From the NCBI GenBank assembly GCA_964617475.1, contig CAZTYM010000010.1, positions 4,085 through 68,084 of the forward strand: 64,000 bases of DNA. The letters are read 5' to 3'. This document shows positions 20,131 to 28,873 of the stretch, piece after piece. The notes under the pieces are model-generated. The model was not told where the DNA came from. It saw only the letters and a program-made list of their open reading frames with translations, and did not search any database. The first letter of the stretch is position 1, and each line of letters starts with the position of its first letter. Both the position numbers and the translations under genes were made by a program. Origin of the DNA: an uncultured Thiotrichales bacterium (lineage in GTDB: Bacteria > Pseudomonadota > Gammaproteobacteria > GCA-2400775).

Positions 20131-21168
20131 TCAGGAAGATTTGAGCAGCCCGTTTCGAGCTAATGACCATCGAATCATAAAGAACGCAATGATAGCAATT
20201 ACTGCTGTCACGACAATATCGAAGATGCTCGTCATCGGAATATGATACTCGCCCTGAAGTGAACCTGATATCCAAGTATAACGTTCCAACCATGTACCAA
20301 CCACAATCGAACACGCCACAAGTACAATAACATGCGGATTATGACGGTTTGGTGTCAAAGCAAAAGTACAGAATGGAATCACAAACTTCAACGCTAAGAA
20401 TGCCCACCAAATCTTGGCATAATCATATAGCATCATATTGTTATAACGAGCCATTTCTTCTGGGAAGCGGCCATACCACATAATCAAATACTGAGTGAAG
20501 TACAAATAGGTATACAAGATTGTCATACCTAACATGAACTGAGCCATGAAGTTAAAAACCTTCATTTCATCCATTTGTACTGATAATTTACCGCTACGTA
20601 CTAACAAGTAGAGCAAAATGGTGAACGCTGCCAAGTAAAAATGAAAATTACTTTGGAAATGATAAAAAGCGTAGCTAGCACTATGCCAGTTTGGCCACAT
20701 CGTCATTTCATAATCCCATGCGATCATAGAGCCATAAGTCACATAGGCGAAGGGAATTAACAAGGCAATATTACGGAAAGTGCGCTGTACTTTGTATGAC
20801 TTATCCACTTCACTAAGTCGTTGATAGCGAATAAACAAACGGTACAAGCCGAAAATAATGATAAAACCGACGATTTGGCGACCCACTAAGAAACCATAAT
20901 TATGCCAACCGGGTAGGTGCGTTCCTTCATCATGCGCGCCTTCTAACCACTGGAATGTGTTATCGCCATTGATCAACAAGATCAGCATAAGAATAAAGGC
21001 CAAAGGGAAAAGAATAGCCATTGAGCATGCGATATCACGTACTTCAAAACGCCACTTACCATTACATAAGTGCAATACCGCTGATAAGGTCACACCACCT
21101 AAAGCCAGGTAAAGTATGACTAGAAAGTTGGTAGTAAGAACTGACCAATTACCGAATGCAAGTTCCAT
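20131..21168 (-). CDS. actF: Alternative complex III subunit ActF (NrfD-like membrane subunit)
   Basis: 345-aa polytopic membrane protein. It is the last gene of the seven-gene block and the second NrfD/PsrC-like integral membrane subunit, as in canonical ACIII operons. Confidence 0.65.
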   Translation of the reverse strand: MELAFGNWSVLTTNFLVILYLALGGVTLSAVLHLCNGKWRFEVRDIACSMAILFPLAFILMLILLINGDNTFQWLEGAHDEGTHLPGWHNYGFLVGRQIVGFIIIFGLYRLFIRYQRLSEVDKSYKVQRTFRNIALLIPFAYVTYGSMIAWDYEMTMWPNWHSASYAFYHFQSNFHFYLAAFTILLYLLVRSGKLSVQMDEMKVFNFMAQFMLGMTILYTYLYFTQYLIMWYGRFPEEMARYNNMMLYDYAKIWWAFLALKFVIPFCTFALTPNRHNPHVIVLVACSIVVGTWLERYTWISGSLQGEYHIPMTSIFDIVVTAVIAIIAFFMIRWSLARNGLLKSS

Positions 21169-21181
21169 CAGATCACCCTAA

Positions 21182-21775
21182 TTAATTGACTGCTGGAGCA
21201 GCATCAGTCGATGCCTGCGCAGTTTCTGTTGTGCCGACACCAGCGTCAGCTTCTAATTGGTTACGAAGATAGTTGACTACGTGCCAGCGCTCTTCTACCG
21301 AGAGATCATTTGACCCACGGCCTTCAGCGTTGCCTGTAGGATTACCATAAGCTGGCATAATGTATCCACCATAGGTAATCGTTCCCCAGATCCAACCTTC
21401 TGTAAGGTCCTTTTGAACGTAATCACCGACTAAAGGCGGCGCTCCAATTTTCGCTGAGATCGGTGATGCTTCATCAGCCTTGCCTAGCAAACCATGGCAA
21501 GCACCACAGTAAATTTTAAACAACTGCTTACCTGTTTTAAGCGAAGCATCGCTAACAGGAATGGGGTTCTCTAGATTCTGTGCATCCTCACGAGTTTTTA
21601 CCTTAGTCAATTCACCATCATAAGGGATAGACATTGGCACAGAACGTTTTGGAAAAGGATAAGGTGTTCCTTCCTGCGGTTTTATGCTTGGTTGATTCAT
21701 CATATCTTGTGACCATGGCCAAGCAAAAACGGTAACCGGAAGAGCTATAAACAAGATAATTGATAGTTTTTTCAT
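21182..21775 (-). CDS. actE: Alternative complex III subunit ActE (monoheme cytochrome c)
   Basis: 197 aa. Signal peptide and a single CGACH heme-binding motif. Its position after actD matches ActE. Confidence 0.7.
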   Translation of the reverse strand: MKKLSIILFIALPVTVFAWPWSQDMMNQPSIKPQEGTPYPFPKRSVPMSIPYDGELTKVKTREDAQNLENPIPVSDASLKTGKQLFKIYCGACHGLLGKADEASPISAKIGAPPLVGDYVQKDLTEGWIWGTITYGGYIMPAYGNPTGNAEGRGSNDLSVEERWHVVNYLRNQLEADAGVGTTETAQASTDAAPAVN

Positions 21776-22299
21776 TACAGTGCCCCCTCACGAACTTCTA
21801 GAACACCATGATGACTAAACGCCGCCTTCAAACCATCGGCGTCTGCATCGTCAACAATAATCTGAACACCCACTTGATCCAGGCTCACTTTTTCACTGTA
21901 AAGTGGATCACGTTTGCGCAGAAGCCGGGCTGTGGTCAAAAATGCAATCAGAGTAAAAATCACACCGAACAAAATTAGCATCTCATAGCTAAGCACGATA
22001 TTTGATGGCAAAGGAATGACAGGTTTACCACCTTGAGGCTGGGCCAGGAAGTTTGCCTGCGCAGATGCCAAAAACAGGAAGCCAAAGGTCATCCCAAATA
22101 ATGCGCCTAGTAAAGTGAATTTAGGCACATGTGACTTACGATGTTCTAATACTTCATCAATTTCAGGATGTTCAATTGGTGATAAGACCTCGACATCATC
22201 AAGCTTAACACCGGAAACATTACCTGCTTTTATGTCATTGATGGCTGCAAAGGCATCATCAAAGCTACCGAACAGGCCAAGTACACTACGCTTACTCAT
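21775..22299 (-). CDS. actD: Alternative complex III subunit ActD (membrane subunit)
   Basis: 174 aa with a hydrophobic central segment. Small membrane protein between actC and actE, with overlapping start and stop. Confidence 0.6.
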   Translation of the reverse strand: MSKRSVLGLFGSFDDAFAAINDIKAGNVSGVKLDDVEVLSPIEHPEIDEVLEHRKSHVPKFTLLGALFGMTFGFLFLASAQANFLAQPQGGKPVIPLPSNIVLSYEMLILFGVIFTLIAFLTTARLLRKRDPLYSEKVSLDQVGVQIIVDDADADGLKAAFSHHGVLEVREGAL

Positions 22300-22301
22300 G
22301 C

Positions 22302-23726
22302 TCAGCTCCCTTCTAACTCAGACTTTGAGGCTGGAACGGCACCCGCTGCTCCACCTGCCGCAGGCGAATGAGAGCCATGGCCAATGCCCATTGCTTCACG
22401 CTTACGGTGATAACACATTTCCTTGACCTCATACATTGAGACTGATGGAAACACTTTAACGAATATCAAGAACAGTAAACCGAACCACCCAAAACTACCA
22501 AATACGATGGCCCACTGAATCATGCTTGGCCACATTACGTCAAAGGCAAACGGATGATATGACAGTGACAAGGTTGGAGTCACGATCATCCAGCGCTCTA
22601 ACCACATACCCAGGTTAAGCACTAGAGAAACCACCATCATGGTTGGTAAATGGGTTCTCAGTTTTTCAAAGGCCAGTGCAAATGGTGCAACTGAGCCGCA
22701 GAACAACATCATCCAGAAGTACGGCGCATAAGGGCCGTTGAACTTGGATAACAACAATTCTTTATCAACCGCGTTGTGACCATACCAAACTGAAGCAAAC
22801 TCAATTAGGTTTAGGTAGGTCCAAACCATTGCAATAGCAAAGGTCAACTTACAAGTTTTAACCAAAATTGGAATAGTCATATATTCTTCCAAGCGGAAGA
22901 AATAACGCAAGCAGATAAACAAAGTAATAATCGCCGCACAACCTGAGTAGAGCGCACCCGCCACGAAATAAGGAGGGAACGTGGTTACGTGCCAACCAGG
23001 CATAATCGACATAGCAAAGTCAGACGACACGATTGAGTGAACCGATACCGCTAATGGAATAAGGAAACATGCCATTAATAAGTAGGTACGGCGGAAGTTA
23101 CGCCATTGTCTGTCATCACCACGCCAGCCTAATGACAGAATCGTATAAAGCTTACGGCGCCAGCCGCTGGTGTTATCACGACAGATGGCCAAGTCTGGAA
23201 TCATACCAATGAATAGGAATAACGCAGACGAGGTCAAATAGGTAGAGATCGCAAACGCATCCCATACCAATGGAGAGCGGAAGTTAGGCCATATACCGCG
23301 ATCACTGTAGTAAGGCAACACCCAATACATATTCCACATACGACCTAAGTGAATCACTGGGAAAAGACCCGCTGTCATCAATGAGAATGTTGTCATTGCT
23401 TCGGCGAAGCGATAAATCGGCTTACGCCAATCTGCGTGAATAATATGAAGAATCGCTGATAACAACGTTCCGGAGTGACTCATACCAATCCAGAAAATGA
23501 AGGTGGCGATGTATAGATCCCACATATGTGGCCAGTTAAGATTGGCTGGCCCCATACCAACGTTGTATTGGTAAACCTCTGCCGCTACCGCACAGGCGAT
23601 CATGGCAATACAAACAATCACTGCCACCCAATAAGCCATGCGCGGATTCATCATACTCCGCATCACGTCTTTATTGATCTTGGCCCACTCTAGATCTTCA
23701 TTAATGTCTTTTGTTTGAGTTTGCAT
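22302..23726 (-). CDS. actC: Alternative complex III subunit ActC (NrfD/PsrC-family quinol-interacting membrane subunit)
   Basis: 474-aa polytopic membrane protein with NrfD-like topology immediately downstream of the Fe-S subunit. Confidence 0.75.
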   Translation of the reverse strand: MQTQTKDINEDLEWAKINKDVMRSMMNPRMAYWVAVIVCIAMIACAVAAEVYQYNVGMGPANLNWPHMWDLYIATFIFWIGMSHSGTLLSAILHIIHADWRKPIYRFAEAMTTFSLMTAGLFPVIHLGRMWNMYWVLPYYSDRGIWPNFRSPLVWDAFAISTYLTSSALFLFIGMIPDLAICRDNTSGWRRKLYTILSLGWRGDDRQWRNFRRTYLLMACFLIPLAVSVHSIVSSDFAMSIMPGWHVTTFPPYFVAGALYSGCAAIITLFICLRYFFRLEEYMTIPILVKTCKLTFAIAMVWTYLNLIEFASVWYGHNAVDKELLLSKFNGPYAPYFWMMLFCGSVAPFALAFEKLRTHLPTMMVVSLVLNLGMWLERWMIVTPTLSLSYHPFAFDVMWPSMIQWAIVFGSFGWFGLLFLIFVKVFPSVSMYEVKEMCYHRKREAMGIGHGSHSPAAGGAAGAVPASKSELEGS

Positions 23727-23779
23727 ACGATTACTCGCTAATCTTGTGTTTCTATTTAATCAGTTAGAGACACTAAACT

Positions 23780-24640
23780 TTATACTTCGCGCACACGCTC
23801 TAGGAACATGACACATGGGTCGGTATTTAACCCTTCTAATACGCGATAACCACGATTATCCGGGTTGGTTTTATTTTGGCTGGCTTTACCTAAAGCCACT
23901 TCATTCTTCTGCCAAGCTTTGGATACCGCACTGTTTTCGTCTAACAAATCACCGAAAACGATAGCACCGGTAGCACAACTTTGCTGGCATGCGGTTTTTA
24001 AATCTCCGTCTATAACAGCACCAGGACCACGGCGACCATCTCTCGCAGCCTCATCTTTTGCCGTTCTAATACGTTGAACACAGAAGGTACATTTTTCCAT
24101 GACGCCTTTGTCACGCACAGAAATATCTGGGTTCAATTGCATTTGAAGAGGCTCTGGCCATGAATCTTCGTAATAAGAGAAGAAGTTGAAGTAGCGCAAA
24201 CGATAAGGACAGTTATTTGAGCAATAACGCGAACCGATGCAACGGTTATAAACCTGCGCATTCAACCCATCAGGAGTATGGTAGGTTGCAGCAACTGGGC
24301 AAACTGGCTCGCAAGTCGCGGCATTACAGTGCTGACAATTCATCGGTATAAAACTAGCACCGTGGATTTGATACTCGTTTACAGTGTCTTCACCTAAGTC
24401 TGGTTCGTCCCAGTAACGTTCTATACGCAACCAGTGCATACCTTGGCCTTTAGCAAATTTCTCTTCGCCAACCACGGCAAGATTATTTTCAGCATAACAG
24501 GCTACGGAACAAGCATTACAACCAGTACACTTATCGAGATCAATGGCCATACCCCACATATGCTCGTAATCATGATATCCACCTTCTTCATGACCACGAC
24601 GGTATTTAGACCAATTATTTAGGATATTTTCTAACGACAT
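23780..24640 (-). CDS. actB2: Alternative complex III subunit ActB2 (4Fe-4S ferredoxin-type iron-sulfur subunit)
   Basis: 286 aa with multiple 4Fe-4S cysteine clusters: CTGCNACSVAC, CQHCNAATCEPVCP, CIGSRYCSNNCP, CTFC..C. It matches the iron-sulfur half of ActB, which is split here into B1 and B2. Confidence 0.8.
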   Translation of the reverse strand: MSLENILNNWSKYRRGHEEGGYHDYEHMWGMAIDLDKCTGCNACSVACYAENNLAVVGEEKFAKGQGMHWLRIERYWDEPDLGEDTVNEYQIHGASFIPMNCQHCNAATCEPVCPVAATYHTPDGLNAQVYNRCIGSRYCSNNCPYRLRYFNFFSYYEDSWPEPLQMQLNPDISVRDKGVMEKCTFCVQRIRTAKDEAARDGRRGPGAVIDGDLKTACQQSCATGAIVFGDLLDENSAVSKAWQKNEVALGKASQNKTNPDNRGYRVLEGLNTDPCVMFLERVREV

Positions 24641-24655
24641 GAATAGAAACCCCTT

Positions 24656-26935
24656 TTATGTGCGTCGGAATTGATCGGCAGTAATAGTACCGACCAATTT
24701 ACGGCCATGCTGGGTTTCGCTGCCACCCAGTTTAACCAATTCTTCATTACGACCCGTTGGCTCAACAGTGACTGCTGTTGCGCATAAAGCCAACTCACCT
24801 GTTTTAGCATCAGAACCATTTGCAACCATTTTCAGAGGATTGACTCCTCGACCTGTAGCATAACGTCCGTACTCAGTGTGACCTTGTCCAACCGGAACTG
24901 AAACAGTGTCTTTGTTAATACCTTTATGCAAATAGACTAAGGCTTCGGCGCTACCACTAGCACTGCTAACACGAATCTTATCGCCTTGCTTAATACCAAA
25001 ATGCAATGCGGTAGCTGGGTGCATTTCCACCCAAGAGTTCCACACTACTTTGGAAATAGCGTCGGGCGACTCCTGTAACCAAGGCAGGTTTGCAAACCGC
25101 CCATCACCAAGATGCCCCGTTTTTGAAGGAACCATTGTCAAAGGAAATTCGATATTCTTTTCTTGAGCCGGCAAAACAAAAGCGATTGCTGGAACCACGT
25201 TTTCTACTACTTCAGCCTCAGCAGCCTCATCTTCGATTTCAGCATTAGCAATCAATGCTGAAACTGGTGCTTCCTCGACTTCAACCTCTTCCGCTACTGG
25301 CAATGTTACTCCGCTAACGTCAAAGGCACCTTTTTGCAGACCACCATTCCAATAGGCATCACCTTCACCGAGTCCAGCAGCGAAGTTACGTAAATAAGCA
25401 TAATAATCAGCAAACGGACCATACTGCTCGGCATTGAACACTTTCATCAGAGCCAGTAATGCATCACCAAAAGAACGCGTTTCAGGATAAAGCGGTTCCA
25501 TGAGTGGTTGCTGCACGCTCACCATTGGCTCGGCTGGTTGATAAGAAGCAACATGCGTTCCCCAAGACTCGAGCGCCGAATGCATTGGTAGGATGATATC
25601 CGCTAATGAAGTGGTTTCGTCTAAAAACTCAGTAAAGGCAACGGTCGTATTGACGTTACCCAAGGCACCGGCAACGCCAACATCAGAAGGTGCGGTAAAG
25701 ACAGGGTTCGTGCCATAAATCATGGCTACTTTGACATCGCCAGCATAAGCAGCAGAAACAAATTCACTCAATTGAGCAGTATCGCCTTTCCTTGGTGCTA
25801 ATGCAGGTAATGGGAAATCATCAAGAGCGATTACCGTTTTGCCAACATTGCCGAGCAATACATTCAGCGTGGCGGCAGCCATTACAGAGTCATAGCCGTG
25901 TTCATGCGCGGCTGCTGGGCCACCAGCAAGTACTAGGCTAGGAGCACGACTAGCAAGGAAGCTTGCTGCTTTTTCGACTAGATCTGCTGGCACACCAGTA
26001 TTCGCTTCAGCATCAGATAAGCTGTAAGAACTAAACTGTTTAGAAACTTCAGCAGGAAGAACACTGGCATCAGCACCATGTTTTGCAACAAGCTGTGCAG
26101 CAATAGTCATTGCTAGTGCGCCTTCCGCGCCAGGGCGAACTGGCAACCATAAATCAGCGCTACCACCGGTTACACTCATCTTAGGCTCAGCCTGAATTAA
26201 GACACCACGCGGTGCATCACGGAACTGGCCGTATTGAACTGAATTATGAACCGATGAACCCCAAGTAGAGAGAAAATCAGCGCCGAAAGACAAGATTGAT
26301 TGTGCTTCAGCAATGTTATAACGAATGTTAGTACTACCGTAAACTTTCTCATTAACTGCATCAACGACAGCGTCGTTAAAAATCTCGTGAGAATAGTGTT
26401 GGCTAGTACCTAGGGCCTCAGAAACCGCTTCCATTAGCACTCGTTGATGACCGCTAACTGTGCCACTTAACCAGGCAACCTTTGAACCGTCAATGCCAGA
26501 ATCAGGACCAATAGCTGATTTCAGAGCGTTGAAAGCTTCATCCCAGGTGGCTTCAACTAGTTTGCCGCTCTTGCGAAGCATAGGAGTCTGCAAACGATCG
26601 GGGTTGTAATGGACTTGCAGACTAGCCTGTCCAACCTGACATAAGGCACCGTTATTTATCGGAGAGTTAGGGTTACCTTCAAGCTTCAGGACACGGCCTT
26701 CACGAACACGACCAACGATACCGCATGCTGAATCGCACTGGCCACAGGTAGACGCATACCAAACGCCAATACCAGGAATGACATATTCTTCTGGCATAAG
26801 GTAAGAAACAACATCTTCTTTACCTTCTTCCAGCGTAACCGTGGTAGGCATATCACAGGCTGCAAGTGCCGCAGACGCACCGCTTAGCCCGGTAATCTTC
26901 AAAAAGTCTCTGCGTTTGACTTGATATGTGCTCAT
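24656..26935 (-). CDS. actB1: Alternative complex III subunit ActB1 (molybdopterin-oxidoreductase-like subunit, Tat-exported)
   Basis: 759 aa. Twin-arginine signal VKRRDFLKITGLSGASAALAAC, then an N-terminal Cys cluster CGQCDSACG...C in a molybdopterin-oxidoreductase fold. Sits between actA and actB2. Confidence 0.8.
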   Translation of the reverse strand: MSTYQVKRRDFLKITGLSGASAALAACDMPTTVTLEEGKEDVVSYLMPEEYVIPGIGVWYASTCGQCDSACGIVGRVREGRVLKLEGNPNSPINNGALCQVGQASLQVHYNPDRLQTPMLRKSGKLVEATWDEAFNALKSAIGPDSGIDGSKVAWLSGTVSGHQRVLMEAVSEALGTSQHYSHEIFNDAVVDAVNEKVYGSTNIRYNIAEAQSILSFGADFLSTWGSSVHNSVQYGQFRDAPRGVLIQAEPKMSVTGGSADLWLPVRPGAEGALAMTIAAQLVAKHGADASVLPAEVSKQFSSYSLSDAEANTGVPADLVEKAASFLASRAPSLVLAGGPAAAHEHGYDSVMAAATLNVLLGNVGKTVIALDDFPLPALAPRKGDTAQLSEFVSAAYAGDVKVAMIYGTNPVFTAPSDVGVAGALGNVNTTVAFTEFLDETTSLADIILPMHSALESWGTHVASYQPAEPMVSVQQPLMEPLYPETRSFGDALLALMKVFNAEQYGPFADYYAYLRNFAAGLGEGDAYWNGGLQKGAFDVSGVTLPVAEEVEVEEAPVSALIANAEIEDEAAEAEVVENVVPAIAFVLPAQEKNIEFPLTMVPSKTGHLGDGRFANLPWLQESPDAISKVVWNSWVEMHPATALHFGIKQGDKIRVSSASGSAEALVYLHKGINKDTVSVPVGQGHTEYGRYATGRGVNPLKMVANGSDAKTGELALCATAVTVEPTGRNEELVKLGGSETQHGRKLVGTITADQFRRT

Positions 26936-26975
26936 TTTTGAAATAGTCCTCTACGCTTGTGTCAGACGCAGCGCG

Positions 26976-27593
26976 TTACTTGTGACACTTCCAACAGTCC
27001 GACGGACCGTTGTTGGCTTCGTGACATCGCTGACAAAAGCCCATGTTCAATGGCTTAACTTTGTGTGCCACAGTCATTTCTTTCACTTCACCATGACAGA
27101 ATGCACATACTTCGTCGGCACGCTCTACGGTCATTCCTTCATTATTGAATATGAAACGATCGAGGTGCTTCTCATGATTGAAATGTACAAAATCGGGTAA
27201 ATCATGAACTTTCTTCCACTTAGGCGATTCACCTTTCTGCCAATATTCCGTTAACTTTTTAATGCGTGGCTTGTCAGTAGCAATGACTGTATGGCAACCC
27301 ATGCACTTACTGGTTGGTGGGATACCTGCGCCGTTGTTGCGACGGGCATACGTGTGACAATACATGCAGTTAATTTTATTGTCTTTGACGTGAATATTGT
27401 GCGGGAACTCAATAGGCTGGGGCACATCTACACCGACATGACTTCCCTCAGGTGGAACCGCATTAGGCACTTCTGCCTCAACGATACCTACTGCTGCAAA
27501 CAACAAAAATAACAACAAAAGCACTTGTCTTAAGTGCGGCACAGTCTTATTTGAACTCTGTGGCGCCTTTTCGGGAAAAGGACTATACGTCAT
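26976..27593 (-). CDS. actA: Alternative complex III subunit ActA (pentaheme cytochrome c)
   Basis: 205 aa. N-terminal membrane anchor and five CXXCH motifs (CMYCH, CMGCH, CAFCH, CQRCH, CWKCH). First gene of the cluster. Confidence 0.8.
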   Translation of the reverse strand: MTYSPFPEKAPQSSNKTVPHLRQVLLLLFLLFAAVGIVEAEVPNAVPPEGSHVGVDVPQPIEFPHNIHVKDNKINCMYCHTYARRNNGAGIPPTSKCMGCHTVIATDKPRIKKLTEYWQKGESPKWKKVHDLPDFVHFNHEKHLDRFIFNNEGMTVERADEVCAFCHGEVKEMTVAHKVKPLNMGFCQRCHEANNGPSDCWKCHK

Positions 27594-27622
27594 AACGTTA
27601 CCTCAAATTCTCACGCGAGTGG

Positions 27623-27638
27623 TGTGAGTATCATCAAT
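27623..27638. promoter_or_regulatory. Candidate Crp/Fnr-family half-hybrid site in the actA leader
   Basis: TGTGAgtatcaTCAAT is an exact CRP left half (TGTGA) with an FNR-like right half (ATCAA). It is centred about 35 bp upstream of the actA start codon. It is a single imperfect site and speculative. Confidence 0.2.
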
Positions 27639-28065
27639 ACGATTCAGAAAATGCAGATAAACGGGGAATTGAAAGCAACCGACCAGAACCATCAGTCTGT
27701 GTTCTTTAATTACCAGCACCAAAACTTAGCCGAGCCCTGCCAAATGATGGTCATATTATTCTGGTAACAATACTCGTGGCCGAAACCGCGACGCTTGCCC
27801 CCGCACCGGTATACTCCGGTATAAGCTTAACTGAACTCCGGAACCCAGCAACGTTGCTGAGCACCCGTGATTAGAGGGCGGCATCCTAGACTAGTTCAGC
27901 TAAGGCTGTCAATCTTGACTAGACTGACGTCGCATGCGTGGGCACCACAAAACCCGTCAAATTTCGACTTCAGACTCAGGTCATTTGTCTGTAAAAAACA
28001 GAAGGTCTTGTTTTAATTAGAAAATTACCAAATCAGAATCTTGTCTCAACTTTGTAAAAAAATAT

Positions 28066-28860
28066 CTATACGGGATTATCGATATCGATAAATTCGTGAT
28101 CGACACCAAACTTGTTACTAATATGCGAACCAAGTGCCTGTACGCCATACCGCTCAGTGGCGTGATGGCCAGCGGCAAAATAATGAATACCCAGCTCTTT
28201 CGCCGCATGAAAAGTGCGCTCTGAGGCCTCACCACTGATGTAAGCATCGGCACCACTGGCAGCAGCCAGCTCGATATAGTCTTGTGCACCGCCAGTACAC
28301 CAAGCGATTGAATTGACCGCCATGTCACCACCAGATATCACCAAAGGCTCACGCGCCAGTGATGAGCGTAATTTGGTTTGCAAGTCCTCAACACTGAATA
28401 CGCTGCTTAAGTCTGCGCGACGAACCAGCTCCGGATTATCTGCTGGGCCTATAGGCTGGCCATAGCCAAAACCCAGTAACTCACCAAGTTGGGCGTTATT
28501 ACCAAGCTCTGGGTGTACATCCAGAGGTAAATGGTAGGCAAACAAACTGATCTCATTATCGATAAGCGCTTTGATCCGTTGATACTTTGCGCCTACCAAA
28601 CACTGATCTTCGCCTTTCCAAAAATAACCGTGGTGGACTAATAAGGCATCGGCACCGGCTTGCTCAGCCGCCTCTATGGTTGCCAAGCTCGCCGTTACCC
28701 CCGTAACAATCTTGCTGATATCCTGTTTGCCTGCCACCTGCAATCCATTAGGACAGTAATCTCGCTGCTTGCTAACCTGCAATAAGTCACCACAAAAAGC
28801 CGCCAATTCCTCTCTATCAACCATGCGCTCCACCACTACTTGGGTTACCATTTCACTCAT
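28066..28860 (-). CDS. ybgI: Nif3-like dinuclear metal-centre protein (YbgI/YqfO family)
   Basis: 264 aa. NGLQVAG, ALLVHHGYFWKG and YFAAGHHATERYG motifs of the Nif3/YbgI family. The true start is probably the internal MVDREEL. Confidence 0.8.
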   Translation of the reverse strand: MSEMVTQVVVERMVDREELAAFCGDLLQVSKQRDYCPNGLQVAGKQDISKIVTGVTASLATIEAAEQAGADALLVHHGYFWKGEDQCLVGAKYQRIKALIDNEISLFAYHLPLDVHPELGNNAQLGELLGFGYGQPIGPADNPELVRRADLSSVFSVEDLQTKLRSSLAREPLVISGGDMAVNSIAWCTGGAQDYIELAAASGADAYISGEASERTFHAAKELGIHYFAAGHHATERYGVQALGSHISNKFGVDHEFIDIDNPV

Positions 28861-28873
28861 TTTGAAATGAAGA

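Noticed and set aside
27594-28065. Possibility that the actA leader encodes a known housekeeping RNA (RNase P RNA, tmRNA, SRP RNA or 6S RNA)
   Set aside because: None of the diagnostic conserved strings of these RNAs could be found by eye on either strand, for example the tmRNA 5' GGGGCUGAUUCUGGAUUCGACG or 3' tRNA-like end, the SRP GGAAGCAGCC motif, or RNase P P4 elements.
28017-28331. 104-aa minus-strand ORF overlapping the 3' half of ybgI in another frame
   Set aside because: The ybgI (Nif3) frame carries the conserved family motifs. This overlapping frame is hydrophobic low-complexity and unsupported.
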